Assembly (NCBI GenBank): GCA_963758525.1
Contig: CAVWVQ010000005.1
Coordinates: 192,001-256,000, forward strand
From: an uncultured Phycisphaerales bacterium
Lineage (GTDB): Bacteria > Planctomycetota > Phycisphaerae > Tepidisphaerales > Tepidisphaeraceae
Length of the DNA stretch: 64,000 nt
Direction: 5' to 3'
Part shown: in pieces, positions 1-10,575 of the stretch
Numbering within the stretch: the first letter of the stretch is position 1
Layout of the letters: each line of letters starts with the position of its first letter
Translations under genes and position numbers: made by a program
Notes under the pieces: model-generated
What the model saw: the letters and a program-made list of their open reading frames with translations, nothing else
Database searches by the model: none
What the model was told of the DNA's origin: nothing

Positions 1-60
1 CAAGCAAAATAGGGGAGGAATCGAGGTATTTTTCCCTGGCGGACCGACGTGCGGCGGTCC

Positions 61-474
61 TCAGCAAGGAAAATTTTCGTGAATCAAATGCAGCAAATGC
101 TCAAAATTGATCGGCTTGCGCAGATACCCAAGATGATTCTCCTGGATCTGCCAACGCAGGTCGGGCGAATCATTGGCGGTAATCAGAACGGCAAAGACCC
201 CCGCATCCCGTTCGCGAAGCTGAGCGATCAAGTCCAGACCGTCCATTCCCGGGAGGTTCAAATCGACCAAAGCCAACGCTGGGCGGTCACCCCGATTGGA
301 GTCGAGCAAGCGTAGGGCATCCTCTGCCGACCCGGCGGCTCGAATCTGGTGCCCGGCCGCGCGAAGCAGAGCGGCCAATGCCCGCCTTGATGCCCGTTCG
401 TCCTCGACTAAAAGGATCGAAAGCGGCCGGGTTGCGGGTTCAGTTTCGAGGGATTTGCCCAAGGTTGCCAACAT
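61..474 (-). CDS. Single-domain response regulator (receiver)
   Basis: ILLVEDE...LVDLNLPGMDG...LITA...YLRKP receiver motifs; start taken at the ATG of MLATLGK. Confidence 0.85.
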   Translation of the reverse strand: MLATLGKSLETEPATRPLSILLVEDERASRRALAALLRAAGHQIRAAGSAEDALRLLDSNRGDRPALALVDLNLPGMDGLDLIAQLRERDAGVFAVLITANDSPDLRWQIQENHLGYLRKPINFEHLLHLIHENFPC

Positions 475-611
475 GAAGCCTACAAGCCGCAAAGACTGTG
501 CCGACTCCAGCGGCCATCGTGCCGCTCTGGCGACGGAGCGTCCGATAACGTATTCTCTCTTGACATCAATTGGGGCGGTGACAAAAGCAGACGCAAGCAG
601 GATACATTTGC

Positions 612-1949
612 ATGGATGTGGCACCTGACGCTCAGACTGGCAGAAACTGGAGGAAGCAACGCGGCTCGCGCACCGATCATCGGTCGCGCAGCCATGACTC
701 CGCCCACGCCGAGGGTGACGATTCCGCGGCGCAGAATAAACCGATGGAACATCCGATGGTGCCGCGCGGTGAAGCGGCGCTGATCACGTCCGCTGACTCG
801 CTGTCGCAGTTGATCGAACGATTGCGCACCGTCGGCAGCTTCGCGTACGACAGCGAGTTCATCGGAGAGCTCACGTATTTCCCAAAACTTTGCCTGATTC
901 AGGTTGCATCGTGCGAGGAGATCGCGCTGATCGATCCGCTGGCAAATCTCTCGTTGACGCCATTCTGGGATTTGCTATGCGATCCGGGCGTTGAAAAGAT
1001 CGTGCACGCCGGCTCGCAGGACATCGAGCCGGTCGTGCGCCACACGGGCCGTACCGCGGCGAACATCTTTGACACGCAGGTCTCCGCCGGCTTCGCATCA
1101 ATGCCATACCCGGTGTCGCTCTCCAAACTGGTGATGGAACTGACCGGGGCGCGCCTGGGGAAGGGGCTCACTTTTTCGCATTGGGACAAGCGGCCGCTCT
1201 CAGCAATGCAATTGCGATACGCAGCCGATGACGTGCGATATCTTCCGCTGGTGCGGCAGAAAATTGGCGATCGTCTTCGGGCGCTGGGCCACGAGCACTG
1301 GGCCGCGGAGCAATGCGCGGCGTTGTGCGATGTCACGGTCTATCGCTTTGATCCGGCGACGCAGTACGCGCGCGTTCGCGGAGCCGCGTCATTGCTGCCG
1401 AGAAATCTGGCGGTGCTGCGGGAGCTGACGGCATGGCGCGACGCATCGGCCCGGGCGCACGACGTTCCGCCGCGGACATTCCTGCGCGACGAGGTGATGC
1501 TTGAGCTGGCTCGCAATCCGGTGAAGTCGGTGGAGAAGCTCGATCGCGTCCGCGGGCTGCCGCGTCCGGTGGAACATGCGCACGGGGCGCAGATCGTGGA
1601 AATGACACTGCGGGCGCTGGCGCTTCCCGCGGCCGAGCTTCCTCCGCCGCGCGACGCCGAGCCTTCCCCAGGGGAGAAATTCTCCGCCGAGGCGCTCTGG
1701 GCCGCGGCCCAGTGCTTGTGCGCCGGAAAGTCGATCGATCCTGGCGTGGCGACAGACCGCCAGGAGGTCGGTGAGTTCGTGCGCGCGTTTCATTCCAAGG
1801 GTCTCCAGTCACATCGTTTGATGACCGGCTGGCGCTGCGAAGCGATCGGAGCTGATCTGGCGGCACTGCTCGCCGGCACCGCGCGTTTGGAGCTCTCGTG
1901 GTCGGAGGGTTTGTTGAAGGCTCAGGTGACGCCGAAATCCAACCCTTGA
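612..1949 (+). CDS. rnd: Ribonuclease D (DEDDy 3'-5' exonuclease + HRDC)
   Basis: AYDSEF, LCLIQVA, KIVHAGSQD, IFDTQV, WDKRPLS..QLRYAADDV; true start may be downstream (about 743). Confidence 0.9.
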   Translation: MDVAPDAQTGRNWRKQRGSRTDHRSRSHDSAHAEGDDSAAQNKPMEHPMVPRGEAALITSADSLSQLIERLRTVGSFAYDSEFIGELTYFPKLCLIQVASCEEIALIDPLANLSLTPFWDLLCDPGVEKIVHAGSQDIEPVVRHTGRTAANIFDTQVSAGFASMPYPVSLSKLVMELTGARLGKGLTFSHWDKRPLSAMQLRYAADDVRYLPLVRQKIGDRLRALGHEHWAAEQCAALCDVTVYRFDPATQYARVRGAASLLPRNLAVLRELTAWRDASARAHDVPPRTFLRDEVMLELARNPVKSVEKLDRVRGLPRPVEHAHGAQIVEMTLRALALPAAELPPPRDAEPSPGEKFSAEALWAAAQCLCAGKSIDPGVATDRQEVGEFVRAFHSKGLQSHRLMTGWRCEAIGADLAALLAGTARLELSWSEGLLKAQVTPKSNP

Positions 1950-1974
1950 CGCATGCCGCGAAAATTTCGATTTG

Positions 1975-3054
1975 CTACTGGCGACTTGAGCCGTTGAGCG
2001 ACAGCAGCGAGTCGATCCCCGTCGCATCGCTGACGATCTGGATCCGGTATCGGTAGCGGCGCACGCCCCCAGCCTCAATGAAATCGAGTTGGTTTGTCGC
2101 ACGGTCGCGCCAGCGGCCGTCGATGGTTCCGTTCATCGGCTCCAGCGCCGTGACATACTCGCCCGGACCAAAGTGCTGCCAGTTGCCGCAGCGGGGGAAT
2201 TGCCTGGTGTTGTAGTGAACCGCCGCGCCCAGGCCGAGCGAGCGATTGACGATGCCGACCGTGGTTCGGCCGGCGGCGTCGATCGGGCGCGGAAAAAGAT
2301 ACGCAACGGCCGAGTCGGGGCCGCGATGGGATTCGAGCGGAGCCGTGACGCGCTTATAGTCGATCGAATCCTTGAACCGCGCGATCGAAGCCGCCGCCTC
2401 GGTCGGCTGCACCCGTGGCGAATCGAAACAAAGCTCCGCCCCCTCGTCGACCAGCGGATACCCGAAGTTGATGTGAAGGAGCCAGGCGTGCGGAGCCGGC
2501 TGGTTTCCCAGGTTGCGAAATTCATCGATCACATCGATCGCGTTCCCGCCTAATGGCGACGCGATGGTCCGCCGTAGTTCCAGACACGGGCCGTAAAGTC
2601 CGCCGTAACGGACGACGCCGGTGATCGACATTGTCGGTCTGTTTGATTGCACATCTGGCTGATGCACCGCTTCCAGCGCCGCCGCGGAGTTGGAATGGGG
2701 CCCGTGCAGGCCCAATTCTTCGTCACCGTCCTGACCCGGTGGCCCAATATTCGTGGGGCCGCAACTGGTGAGCAGTCCGCCGGGAAATCCCTTGAGCCAG
2801 TCGAGCCCGCGGTCCAGCCCCTGACTCGCGGTGGTGGGGCCTTTGTGCGTGAGAAAGCAGATGCTGTGTTGGTTGAAGAAGGCCTGGTCAATATCGAGCC
2901 CGCGGTCGACCAGCACGCGATAACGCAGTCCTGCGCCGGTGTTGACACACAGTGCCCGCACCCCGCGCCCGGCCCCGTCGTCTATCGTGTAGCGCTCGAT
3001 TCCGCCGATCTGGCTGGTATTGATGAATCTATCGGGTTTGAAATGTCGGCTCAT
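1975..3054 (-). CDS. Aldose 1-epimerase-like protein (DUF4432 family)
   Basis: DGAGRGVR, VLVDRGLDI, GGLLTSCG, GLHG, HINFGYPL, YVTALEP motifs. Confidence 0.75.
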   Translation of the reverse strand: MSRHFKPDRFINTSQIGGIERYTIDDGAGRGVRALCVNTGAGLRYRVLVDRGLDIDQAFFNQHSICFLTHKGPTTASQGLDRGLDWLKGFPGGLLTSCGPTNIGPPGQDGDEELGLHGPHSNSAAALEAVHQPDVQSNRPTMSITGVVRYGGLYGPCLELRRTIASPLGGNAIDVIDEFRNLGNQPAPHAWLLHINFGYPLVDEGAELCFDSPRVQPTEAAASIARFKDSIDYKRVTAPLESHRGPDSAVAYLFPRPIDAAGRTTVGIVNRSLGLGAAVHYNTRQFPRCGNWQHFGPGEYVTALEPMNGTIDGRWRDRATNQLDFIEAGGVRRYRYRIQIVSDATGIDSLLSLNGSSRQ

Positions 3055-3142
3055 CGTTTTCGTCACTTTGTGGTTGTGAGCGTACAATAACGCCAGCGGC
3101 CGCCTCGGCCAATTGATTTTCCGGATCTGTCAGGAGTTGAAC

Positions 3143-3376
3143 GTGCCAATTTACGAATACACCTGTGATGCATGCGGCGAAAGCTTTGAGCAACTTGTGT
3201 GGAGCATGAATGGCGAGCACAAAGTGCCTTGTCCGAAATGCGCATCCGACAAGACGAAACGCGCGCTGAGTGTGTTTGCCGTTGCCAGTGAATCGGGCAG
3301 TCGGAGCGGCGAATCCGCCGGCCCAGGAATGTGCGGGCGCTGCGGTGGCCCGGGACCCTGCGCGAGCGGGGATTAG
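3143..3376 (+). CDS. FmdB-family zinc-ribbon protein
   Basis: GTG start after GGAG; MPIYEYTCDACGESFE...CPKC; C-terminal CGRCGGPGPC. Confidence 0.85.
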   Translation: MPIYEYTCDACGESFEQLVWSMNGEHKVPCPKCASDKTKRALSVFAVASESGSRSGESAGPGMCGRCGGPGPCASGD

Positions 3377-3443
3377 TAGAAGCGGTTTCCAAACCCTCCA
3401 ATCCGCTCGCGACGCCGAGTCCCGATACTCCCAAGGCTCGGAT

Positions 3444-5507
3444 TTATCTCGCGGCCTTTCGTGCGCCGCGCTTGGGCGTTTTGGGACGCCAGATCTTATT
3501 TTCTTCGGAAGGGGGGATGCTGTCTGAACCGCTTTTGATGGTCGGCGCCCCGGCGATTTCCTTGAGCTTGTCGCGTAACTGCGCGGCGCGTTCGAATTCG
3601 AGATTCTTGGCCGCTTCAAGCATTTCCTCTTCCAACAGACGCACCAGTTCCGTCTGATCGTATTCTGTGCTGCCGGAATGAATGGCTTCCTGGGCGACCC
3701 GGCGAGCCTTGGACTCGGATTCCAGCGAGGCGTGGATTGCCTTCTTGACCGTCTGCGGGGTGATTCCATGCTCGGCGTTGTACGCAAGCTGCAGCACCTT
3801 GCGCCGCGCCGTCTCATCGATCGCCTTCTGCATGGCCGGCGTCACGGTGTCGGCATAGAGAATGACTTTCGCGTTCACGTTTCGCGCGGCACGGCCGATC
3901 ATTTGGATGATGGACGTCTCGCTGCGGAGAAACCCTGCCTTGTCGGCGTCGAGAATCGCCACCATCGACACTTCCGGCAAATCGAGCCCCTCGCGCAGCA
4001 GATTCACGCCCACAAGCACATCGAAGTTGCCCTGCCGCAGTTCGTTGAGAATTTCCACGCGCTCGAGCGTTTGGATTTCGCTGTGCAGATACCGGCATTT
4101 GAAGCCGGCCTCCTGGATGTAGGCGCTCAGATCCTCCGCCAAACGCTTGGTGAGCGTTGTCACGAGCACGCGCTCGCCCGCGGCGGAGCGGGCGCCGATC
4201 TGCGCCAGAAGATGCGGCACCTGCCCCTGCGCCGGTTGGACCAGAATCTCGGGGTCTACAAGGCCGGTGGGGCGGATGACCTGCTCGACCACCTCACCGC
4301 CGCAGTTTTCCAGCTCGACTTTGCCCGGGGTCGCGGAAACGTAAAGGACCTGGTTCCACATCTGCTCGAATTCTTCATATTTTAGTGGTCGGTTATCCAT
4401 CGCGCTGGGCAAGCGGAAGCCGTGATCCACCAGCACCTGCTTGCGCTGTTGATCTCCGTTGTACATTGCCTTGATCTGCGGAATCGTCACATGCGATTCG
4501 TCGAGGATCAGCAGGAAGTCCTTGGGGAAATAATCGATGAGGGTATATGGCTTTTGCCCCGGCTGGCGGCCGTCCAGGTGCCGGCTGTAATTCTCGATGC
4601 CGGAGCAAACGCCCACTTCCGCCATCATCTCCAGGTCATATCTCGTTCGCGCCAGCAGCCGTTGAGCTTCCAGCAGCTTTCCCTCTCCGCGCAATGTCAT
4701 GACGCGCAGATCCAGTTCCTGCTTGATCGATTCCAACGCGCCGGCAAGCTTGTCCTCCGGCATCACATAATGGACGGCGGGGTAGATGAACAGTTGCTCT
4801 TCGCTTTTGAGCAATTCGCCGGTGAGGGGGTTGATGGCGTCAATGTTGGTAACCTGGTCGCCGAAAAACTCGATGCGATAGGCGAAGTCCTCGTACGCGG
4901 GGTGCAATTCGACGACGTCGCCGCGCACGCGGAACGTGGCGCGCTTGAAGTCGATGTCGTTGCGGGTGTACTGCAGGTCGATCAGCTTGCGGAGCATCTC
5001 ATCACGATCTGTTTCAACATCCTTGCGGATCGGCAGAACGCTCTTTTGATATTCCATGGGCGAGCCGAGCCCGAAGATGCAGCTCACCGACGACACCAGC
5101 AGCACGTCACGCCGGCTGACGAGATTGCTGGTGGCAGAAAGACGAAGCCGATCCAGATCGTCGTTGCGGCTGGCGTCTTTCTCGATGTAAATGTCGCGCT
5201 GCGGGATGTACGCCTCCGGCTGGTAATAGTCGTAATAGCTGACGAAATAGCCGACGGCATTGTGCGGGAAGAGATCCTTGAACTCCTCGTACAGTTGTGC
5301 GGCAAGCGTCTTATTATGACTGATGACCAGCGTCGGCCGATTGACCCGCGCGATGGTTTGCGCCATCGTGAATGTCTTGCCCGACCCGGTGACTCCCATC
5401 AGCGTCTGAAATTTCCGGCCCGAGTTGAGACCCGTCACGAGCTGCTCGATCGCCGCCGGCTGATCGCCTTGCGGAGCGTAGGGACTGACGACCTTAAAAT
5501 CCGGCAT
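3444..5507 (-). CDS. uvrB: Excinuclease ABC subunit B
   Basis: [40 protein letters not shown]-terminal UVR motif [11 protein letters not shown]. Confidence 0.98.
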   Translation of the reverse strand: MPDFKVVSPYAPQGDQPAAIEQLVTGLNSGRKFQTLMGVTGSGKTFTMAQTIARVNRPTLVISHNKTLAAQLYEEFKDLFPHNAVGYFVSYYDYYQPEAYIPQRDIYIEKDASRNDDLDRLRLSATSNLVSRRDVLLVSSVSCIFGLGSPMEYQKSVLPIRKDVETDRDEMLRKLIDLQYTRNDIDFKRATFRVRGDVVELHPAYEDFAYRIEFFGDQVTNIDAINPLTGELLKSEEQLFIYPAVHYVMPEDKLAGALESIKQELDLRVMTLRGEGKLLEAQRLLARTRYDLEMMAEVGVCSGIENYSRHLDGRQPGQKPYTLIDYFPKDFLLILDESHVTIPQIKAMYNGDQQRKQVLVDHGFRLPSAMDNRPLKYEEFEQMWNQVLYVSATPGKVELENCGGEVVEQVIRPTGLVDPEILVQPAQGQVPHLLAQIGARSAAGERVLVTTLTKRLAEDLSAYIQEAGFKCRYLHSEIQTLERVEILNELRQGNFDVLVGVNLLREGLDLPEVSMVAILDADKAGFLRSETSIIQMIGRAARNVNAKVILYADTVTPAMQKAIDETARRKVLQLAYNAEHGITPQTVKKAIHASLESESKARRVAQEAIHSGSTEYDQTELVRLLEEEMLEAAKNLEFERAAQLRDKLKEIAGAPTIKSGSDSIPPSEENKIWRPKTPKRGARKAAR

Positions 5508-5573
5508 GCGTACCTCGCGTTCGGCTGAAATGTTCGCATATATCATAGGATCGTGCCGTGGCACGGGCAGCAT

Positions 5574-5966
5574 TCAGGGCTTGCGAACCGGCCGCGTCGT
5601 TGGAGGAAACAAGAGATACGGCTCCAGATTCGCAGCTGTCGACGGGCCGATCCCCTTGATGCGCGTCAGATCCATGGCTGCGCGAAACACCATTTTGCCG
5701 CGTCCGCTGGCGATGGCCTTCTCCCGATACGCGACGATCAGATGTGCTCGTTTTTCCCCGAGGGATGGAATTGCGGCAAGTGTTTGCCAGTCGGCGGTGT
5801 TGGGATCAATCCGATTTGCCAGCTCATCGGCGCGCGGCGAGGGAACATCGATTCCCTCCGGCAAATACGCCCGGTCGCGTGCCCATCGCACCACCAGCAT
5901 GAGCCAGACGCATCCGCCCAAAAGAAGCAGTGCGCGACGTTGCGGCCTGTTCCAGAAGGGAAACAT
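5574..5966 (-). CDS. ComEA-like helix-hairpin-helix DNA-binding membrane protein
   Basis: N-terminal hydrophobic helix; IDPNTA..L..IPSLGEKRA..IV.YR...DLTRIKGIGP. Confidence 0.85.
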   Translation of the reverse strand: MFPFWNRPQRRALLLLGGCVWLMLVVRWARDRAYLPEGIDVPSPRADELANRIDPNTADWQTLAAIPSLGEKRAHLIVAYREKAIASGRGKMVFRAAMDLTRIKGIGPSTAANLEPYLLFPPTTRPVRKP

Positions 5967-5982
5967 TCAGACGCGGCCCGTT

Positions 5983-7497
5983 CTATTTTTTCGGTGAGGA
6001 GTCGCGTTTGATCTTGTCACGGAGCATCTGCAGCTTCTGGAAAGCGGGCTTGGGACGCAGCGATTCATCGAGCAAGCCTCCGCCAGGCAGCACCTGCCGG
6101 ATGTCGGCAAGACTGGACCAGGCAATCGACTCGACGAAAGGCTTGCTCATCGCGACCTGATAGACGGCTTCCATCCACTCTGCCTGCAGAGTGGGATCCC
6201 ACGGCCTGCGCCATCGCCCTGCGATGGAAGGATCGCGATGCCCTTCGGAGACATCGTCCGGGTCGGGAGTCGACCTTCCCGGCACGCCCACTGCCGTAAT
6301 GAATACCGGCCGGCCCAGCGTCGCGAAACGATCCAGCAGGCAGCTCAATTGAAACAAGTCGCGTGTGAACATGCCCTGCGAAGGAACACCGAGCTCCAGT
6401 TCAAGGCCGAAGGCTTCGAAGTTGATGCCGGCCTGCGCGACCATCTCCGCGTAGAGAATCGGTGGAACGCTGGTGCGCCCGCGAGCGTGATATTCGCCGA
6501 ACGGCTGGGTGATGGTGACCATCGTGCGGGCGTTGGGAATCAACGTTTTCACCTGGGAAACCAGCAGCCGCGTCAACTCGATCACCTGCTCGAAGTTGAG
6601 GGTGAAAGCCGCGTTGGTCGGCAATCCCGCAACGACGTTCCACGCGGAAACGGCCCGCCGATAGCGCTGCACGACCTTCTGCACAAACTCGTAGGACATC
6701 TCGCGCAGCATGTCGAAGTCGTGTTCCCAGATGACCATCCAGTCGGGAACCGTCGCCTCGTCGAGTCGAACAATCGGGCCCATCACGGTCGGCACGCGGC
6801 GCTTGGCCAACAGCTCCACCCATTCATCCAGGGCTTCGCTGTTGAACGCGTGCTCCTCCGGCTGAAGCTGCTTCCACGGGACAGGGACAGCGATGTAGTC
6901 GAACTGCGTGGTAGCCGCCTCACGGTATTTCTCGCTGCGCACCTGCGGATCGATTCGCGCTCCGAAAATGTGCTTCACAAATCCGTTGGCGGCTCGACGC
7001 CGATTCAAAAACAGATCGGCGTGAAAAATTGCCAGTTGTTCGGACACTTCCATCGCCAGTTCCAGAGCCCGGTCGGCGAGCTTCGAGGCTTCGCCCGGTT
7101 GGTCGAGCTTGCCCAGCGCCTCGGCGAAAATATTCTGAGCTTCCAGGAACTTCTGCGTGTGTTTCTCGATTTTCGGGAAATCGAACAGGTTCCAGTCTTC
7201 CTGCTTCTGCATGATCTTCATCAGGCGGAAACGGGCCAATTCGATGTTGAGGTTGTAAGGCTTGTCGCGCGACTGAAGACGCGTGGTCTCCAGCACGAAG
7301 CTTCCCTGCGAGCCCACGTCCCACAGGAGCGAAAGCCCGCTGGCATGCTCGTCGCGGCGGCTGAGGACCAGAAGTCCCTCGCGGAAAGAGATGTCACCGG
7401 AAATCGGCACGCTCTCCGGGCCGACGGCGGTCGCCGCAGTCGGCTCGAAGGACATGACCCGGCTGCCTTCGCGATAGATCTCAAACTTCAGTGCCAT
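5983..7497 (-). CDS. GH10-like TIM-barrel protein, apparently lacking the catalytic glutamates
   Basis: WKQLQPEE..FN, VPDW, VVQRY...WNVV and GLLDESLRPKPAF match the GH10 scaffold. Confidence 0.65.
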   Translation of the reverse strand: MALKFEIYREGSRVMSFEPTAATAVGPESVPISGDISFREGLLVLSRRDEHASGLSLLWDVGSQGSFVLETTRLQSRDKPYNLNIELARFRLMKIMQKQEDWNLFDFPKIEKHTQKFLEAQNIFAEALGKLDQPGEASKLADRALELAMEVSEQLAIFHADLFLNRRRAANGFVKHIFGARIDPQVRSEKYREAATTQFDYIAVPVPWKQLQPEEHAFNSEALDEWVELLAKRRVPTVMGPIVRLDEATVPDWMVIWEHDFDMLREMSYEFVQKVVQRYRRAVSAWNVVAGLPTNAAFTLNFEQVIELTRLLVSQVKTLIPNARTMVTITQPFGEYHARGRTSVPPILYAEMVAQAGINFEAFGLELELGVPSQGMFTRDLFQLSCLLDRFATLGRPVFITAVGVPGRSTPDPDDVSEGHRDPSIAGRWRRPWDPTLQAEWMEAVYQVAMSKPFVESIAWSSLADIRQVLPGGGLLDESLRPKPAFQKLQMLRDKIKRDSSPKK

Positions 7498-7656
7498 AAG
7501 CGGTTGGCCGAATCAGACGTGAAAACGCCTGCCTGGGCATCGTATGCGCCATCTTAGCAGAGAGCAGGCGCGGGACAAACGGGATTGCACATTGCCGCCG
7601 ATCGAAGCTAACCGAAGCCGGGTGATTGGAACGGGACAGGAGAGGGGAATACGGGA

Positions 7657-7840
7657 GGGACAAAGGGACGAAGGGACGAAGGGACGAAGGGACAGAGGGA
7701 CGAAGGGACAGAGGGACAGAGGGACAGAGGGACAGAGGGACAGAGGGACAGAGGGACAGAGGGACAGAGGGACAGAGGGACAGAGGGACAGAGGGACGAA
7801 GGGACGGAGGGACAAAGGGACGAAGGGACAAAGGGACAGA
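7657..7840. repeat. Tandem repeat, 23 x 8-mer GGGAC(A/G)(A/G)A
   Basis: Counted directly; 184 bp in the divergent intergenic region upstream of purC. Confidence 0.97.
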
Positions 7841-7979
7841 GGGGCGAAGTGCCGAAGTGAGAAGACAGCAGACAAGGTCCGATGCCGACCTTGCCGGCGA
7901 CACGGTCGTGGCTTGCCCTTCGCGGACTCTTCAGCCCCGACGCTGGAACGCCAGGCAGCGCGGGGCTATTTTGCAGGAG

Positions 7980-8882
7980 ATGAATCCTGCTCTTCTCTCC
8001 ACGGACCTTCCCTTCCCGGTGCGACGAGGGAAGGTGCGCGATGTCTACGATCTGGGTCAGACGCTGCTGATCGTCGCGACCGATCGCATCAGCGCGTTTG
8101 ACGTCGTCATGCCAAACGGCATCCCCGACAAGGGTAAAATGTTAACGGCACTGAGCCTGTTCTGGTTTGAAAAGTTTGCCGGCGAATTTCCCAACCATCT
8201 CCTGGCGACGGAGGTAAACGATTATCCCAAAAGCCTGCATGACTATCGCGATCAGATAGCCGGCAGATCGATGCTGGTGCGCAAGGCGGAGGTGGTGCCG
8301 ATCGAATGCGTCGCGCGCGGATATCTGGCCGGATCGGGGTGGAAGGAGTACCGCCAAAACAGCACCGTTTGCGGCATTCGCCTTCCCGCGGGCCTCAGGC
8401 AATGCGAGCAGCTTGCCACGCCGATCTTCACGCCGGCCACGAAGGAAAACACCGGGCACGACATCAACGTTTCGTTTGAGGAAGCCGCCCGCAGCGCGGG
8501 CGCCGAGGTGATGAAGGAGCTTCGTGATCGGACGATTCGTCTTTACACGCAGGCGGCCCAGTATGCGCGCACCCGCGGTGTCATTATCGCCGACACGAAG
8601 TTCGAATTTGGAAAGCTCCCCGACGGCAGTTTAATTTTGATCGACGAAGTGCTCACCCCCGACAGCAGCCGATTCTGGCCCGCCGATCGGTACGAGCCCG
8701 GCCGCGACCAGGAGAGCTTCGACAAGCAATTCGTGCGCAACTGGCTGGAGCGCCAACCGTGGGACAAGACACCGCCTGCGCCGATGCTGCCGACCGAAGT
8801 GGTTGAGGGAACTCGAAAGAGATACATGGAAGCAGTTGAGCGGTTGGCGGGGAAGTCGTTTACGTCATGCGCGGTCGGGTGA
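7980..8882 (+). CDS. purC: SAICAR synthetase
   Basis: RGKVRDVY, TDRISAFD, ADTKFEFG, DEVLTPDSSRFW, FDKQFVR; GGAG just before ATG 7980. Confidence 0.97.
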   Translation: MNPALLSTDLPFPVRRGKVRDVYDLGQTLLIVATDRISAFDVVMPNGIPDKGKMLTALSLFWFEKFAGEFPNHLLATEVNDYPKSLHDYRDQIAGRSMLVRKAEVVPIECVARGYLAGSGWKEYRQNSTVCGIRLPAGLRQCEQLATPIFTPATKENTGHDINVSFEEAARSAGAEVMKELRDRTIRLYTQAAQYARTRGVIIADTKFEFGKLPDGSLILIDEVLTPDSSRFWPADRYEPGRDQESFDKQFVRNWLERQPWDKTPPAPMLPTEVVEGTRKRYMEAVERLAGKSFTSCAVG

Positions 8883-9051
8883 TTGGTGATTGGAACGTGA
8901 CAGAAAGAAGATGCGCAAAAACGCGCGACGGACGCAGGACCTGCGGAATTCGAACTGGACTCGAACTCGCCTACACCATCCGCCGTGGCTTGCCCTTCGC
9001 GGCAGCGAAGATCCAATCCGCGTTCCTCGCGCGCCCACCGAAAAATCGCGG

Positions 9052-10010
9052 CTACGGCACCAACACAATCTTCCCCCGCGCCCCGTTCAGCAGAATCAGC
9101 TCATGAGCCCGGGCGGCCTCCGCGAGCGGCAATTCTCTGGCGACAACGGGACGAAGTGAGCGATTTTCCAGACCGGCGATGATCGCGGCATGAATTTCCG
9201 TCAGTTGCTCCTCGGTGGCGTTCATGAGTGACATGCCGCGAATGTCGGCGTTGCGCGTCATCGTGCCGCGCGGATCGATTTCGATTGGGCCGCGGCTGCC
9301 AATCACAATGACGCGGCCGTTCCTTGCCAGGACATCAAGGTCCTTCCCGAGATTGAGGTGGGCCGCCATCTCCAGAATCAGATCGACGCCCTTGCCCTTC
9401 GTCAGCTCCATCAGCTTCGCGAGATAGCCGTTGGCGCGGTGATCGAGCACAAAGTCGGCTCCTTGATCCGCGACGATATCACGTCCCTCATCGGTTCCCG
9501 CGGTGCCGATGATCGTGCAGCCCAGAGGGCGGGCGAGTTGCACGGCTGCAATTCCGACGCCGCCCGACGCGCCGTGGATGAGCAACGTTTCGCCGGCGCG
9601 CACCGCGCCCGGAGAAACAGCCCATAGTATGCGGTGGCGTATGGCACGCCCAACGCGGCCCCTTGCGCAAATGTGACATGCGCCGGAAGGGGATGAACGC
9701 TCTGCGCAGAACAGAGCGCCTTTTGGGCATAGGCTCCGCTGATCGTCGACGCAGTGTAGACCCGATCGCCCGGCTTCACGCGGGTCACTTCAGTGCCAAT
9801 CGCCTCGACGATCCCCGCCGCGTCCGAGCCTGGCGTATAGGGAAAAGTGCGGGGGCCATACTTGCCGGTGCGGATATAGGTCTCGACCGGATTGACGCCG
9901 GCGGCGCTGATCTGCACGAGGACCTGTCCCGCCGCCGGCTGGGGGTCGGGGACATCCTCGAGCTTCAGTTCCTCCGGGCCGCCGAAGCGGTGAACGCGAA
10001 TCGCCTTCAT
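9052..10010 (-). CDS. NADPH:quinone oxidoreductase (zeta-crystallin type), frameshifted near 9605
   Basis: MKAIRVHRFGGPE..AAGVNPV in one frame, LIHGASGGVG..GKIVL in another. Confidence 0.9.
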
Positions 10011-10388
10011 TCAGCCTCCGGTTCTCCGCGGGACGCCGGATCGGTTGACGTCGGCTCCAAAGGTCTGACCGCGGCTTCTCTGGTTTTGCGCGCCGAAGGT
10101 CTGACCGCTCTTTTTGTTTGGCGCCGTGCTTTGGATGAATCCCGAGACGCCGCCGCCGGCGGGCTTGCTCAGACCTTCCTTCAGCCGTTTGAACGCCGCA
10201 CTCTCAGCGTGCTCGCCGGTCGCGGTCGCAGGCGAACCGTGCGCGACCATCTTCGCCGCTGCGGCGGCGGCAAGGGATGTATCGATCGGGCTGGGCTTTT
10301 GAGCTGCCGCTGGTTTCTTTTCCGCAGGCGCCTCGGCTTTGCTCTTTGCCGCCGCGCCGGACTTCTTTCCTTTTTTCGTTTCCGCCAT
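10011..10388 (-). CDS. Hypothetical Lys/Ala-rich small protein
   Basis: GGAG before MAETKK; its TGA abuts the ATG of the quinone reductase. Confidence 0.7.
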   Translation of the reverse strand: MAETKKGKKSGAAAKSKAEAPAEKKPAAAQKPSPIDTSLAAAAAAKMVAHGSPATATGEHAESAAFKRLKEGLSKPAGGGVSGFIQSTAPNKKSGQTFGAQNQRSRGQTFGADVNRSGVPRRTGG

Positions 10389-10486
10389 ATCTGTTTCTCC
10401 GTTGTCAGCGATTCTATTCGCACAAGCATTCAAAGCCGCGAGGCCAAAAAGCGGTTTCGCGCGTCTATTCCCCCAGTTTCGGGAAT

Positions 10487-10502
10487 TGGCAAAGGCATTG
10501 CA
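10487..10502 (+). promoter_or_regulatory. Possible sigma-54 -24/-12 promoter
   Basis: TGGCAAAGGCATTGCA has GG-N10-GC spacing, about 75 bp upstream of the C26 hydrolase. Confidence 0.35.
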
Positions 10503-10575
10503 ATCTCGCGCCGCGAAATTGTATCACGCGACCGAACGCTTTGCCGCCGTCACCGCGCCGCAGTAATGTGCAAAC

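Noticed and set aside
7657..7840. CRISPR array, or repeat-coded ORFs (PLSLCPSV / GTEGQRDR)
   Set aside because: 8-bp units with no unique spacers and no cas genes. The ORFs are open only because the repeat lacks stops, and purC has its own RBS and ATG at 7980.
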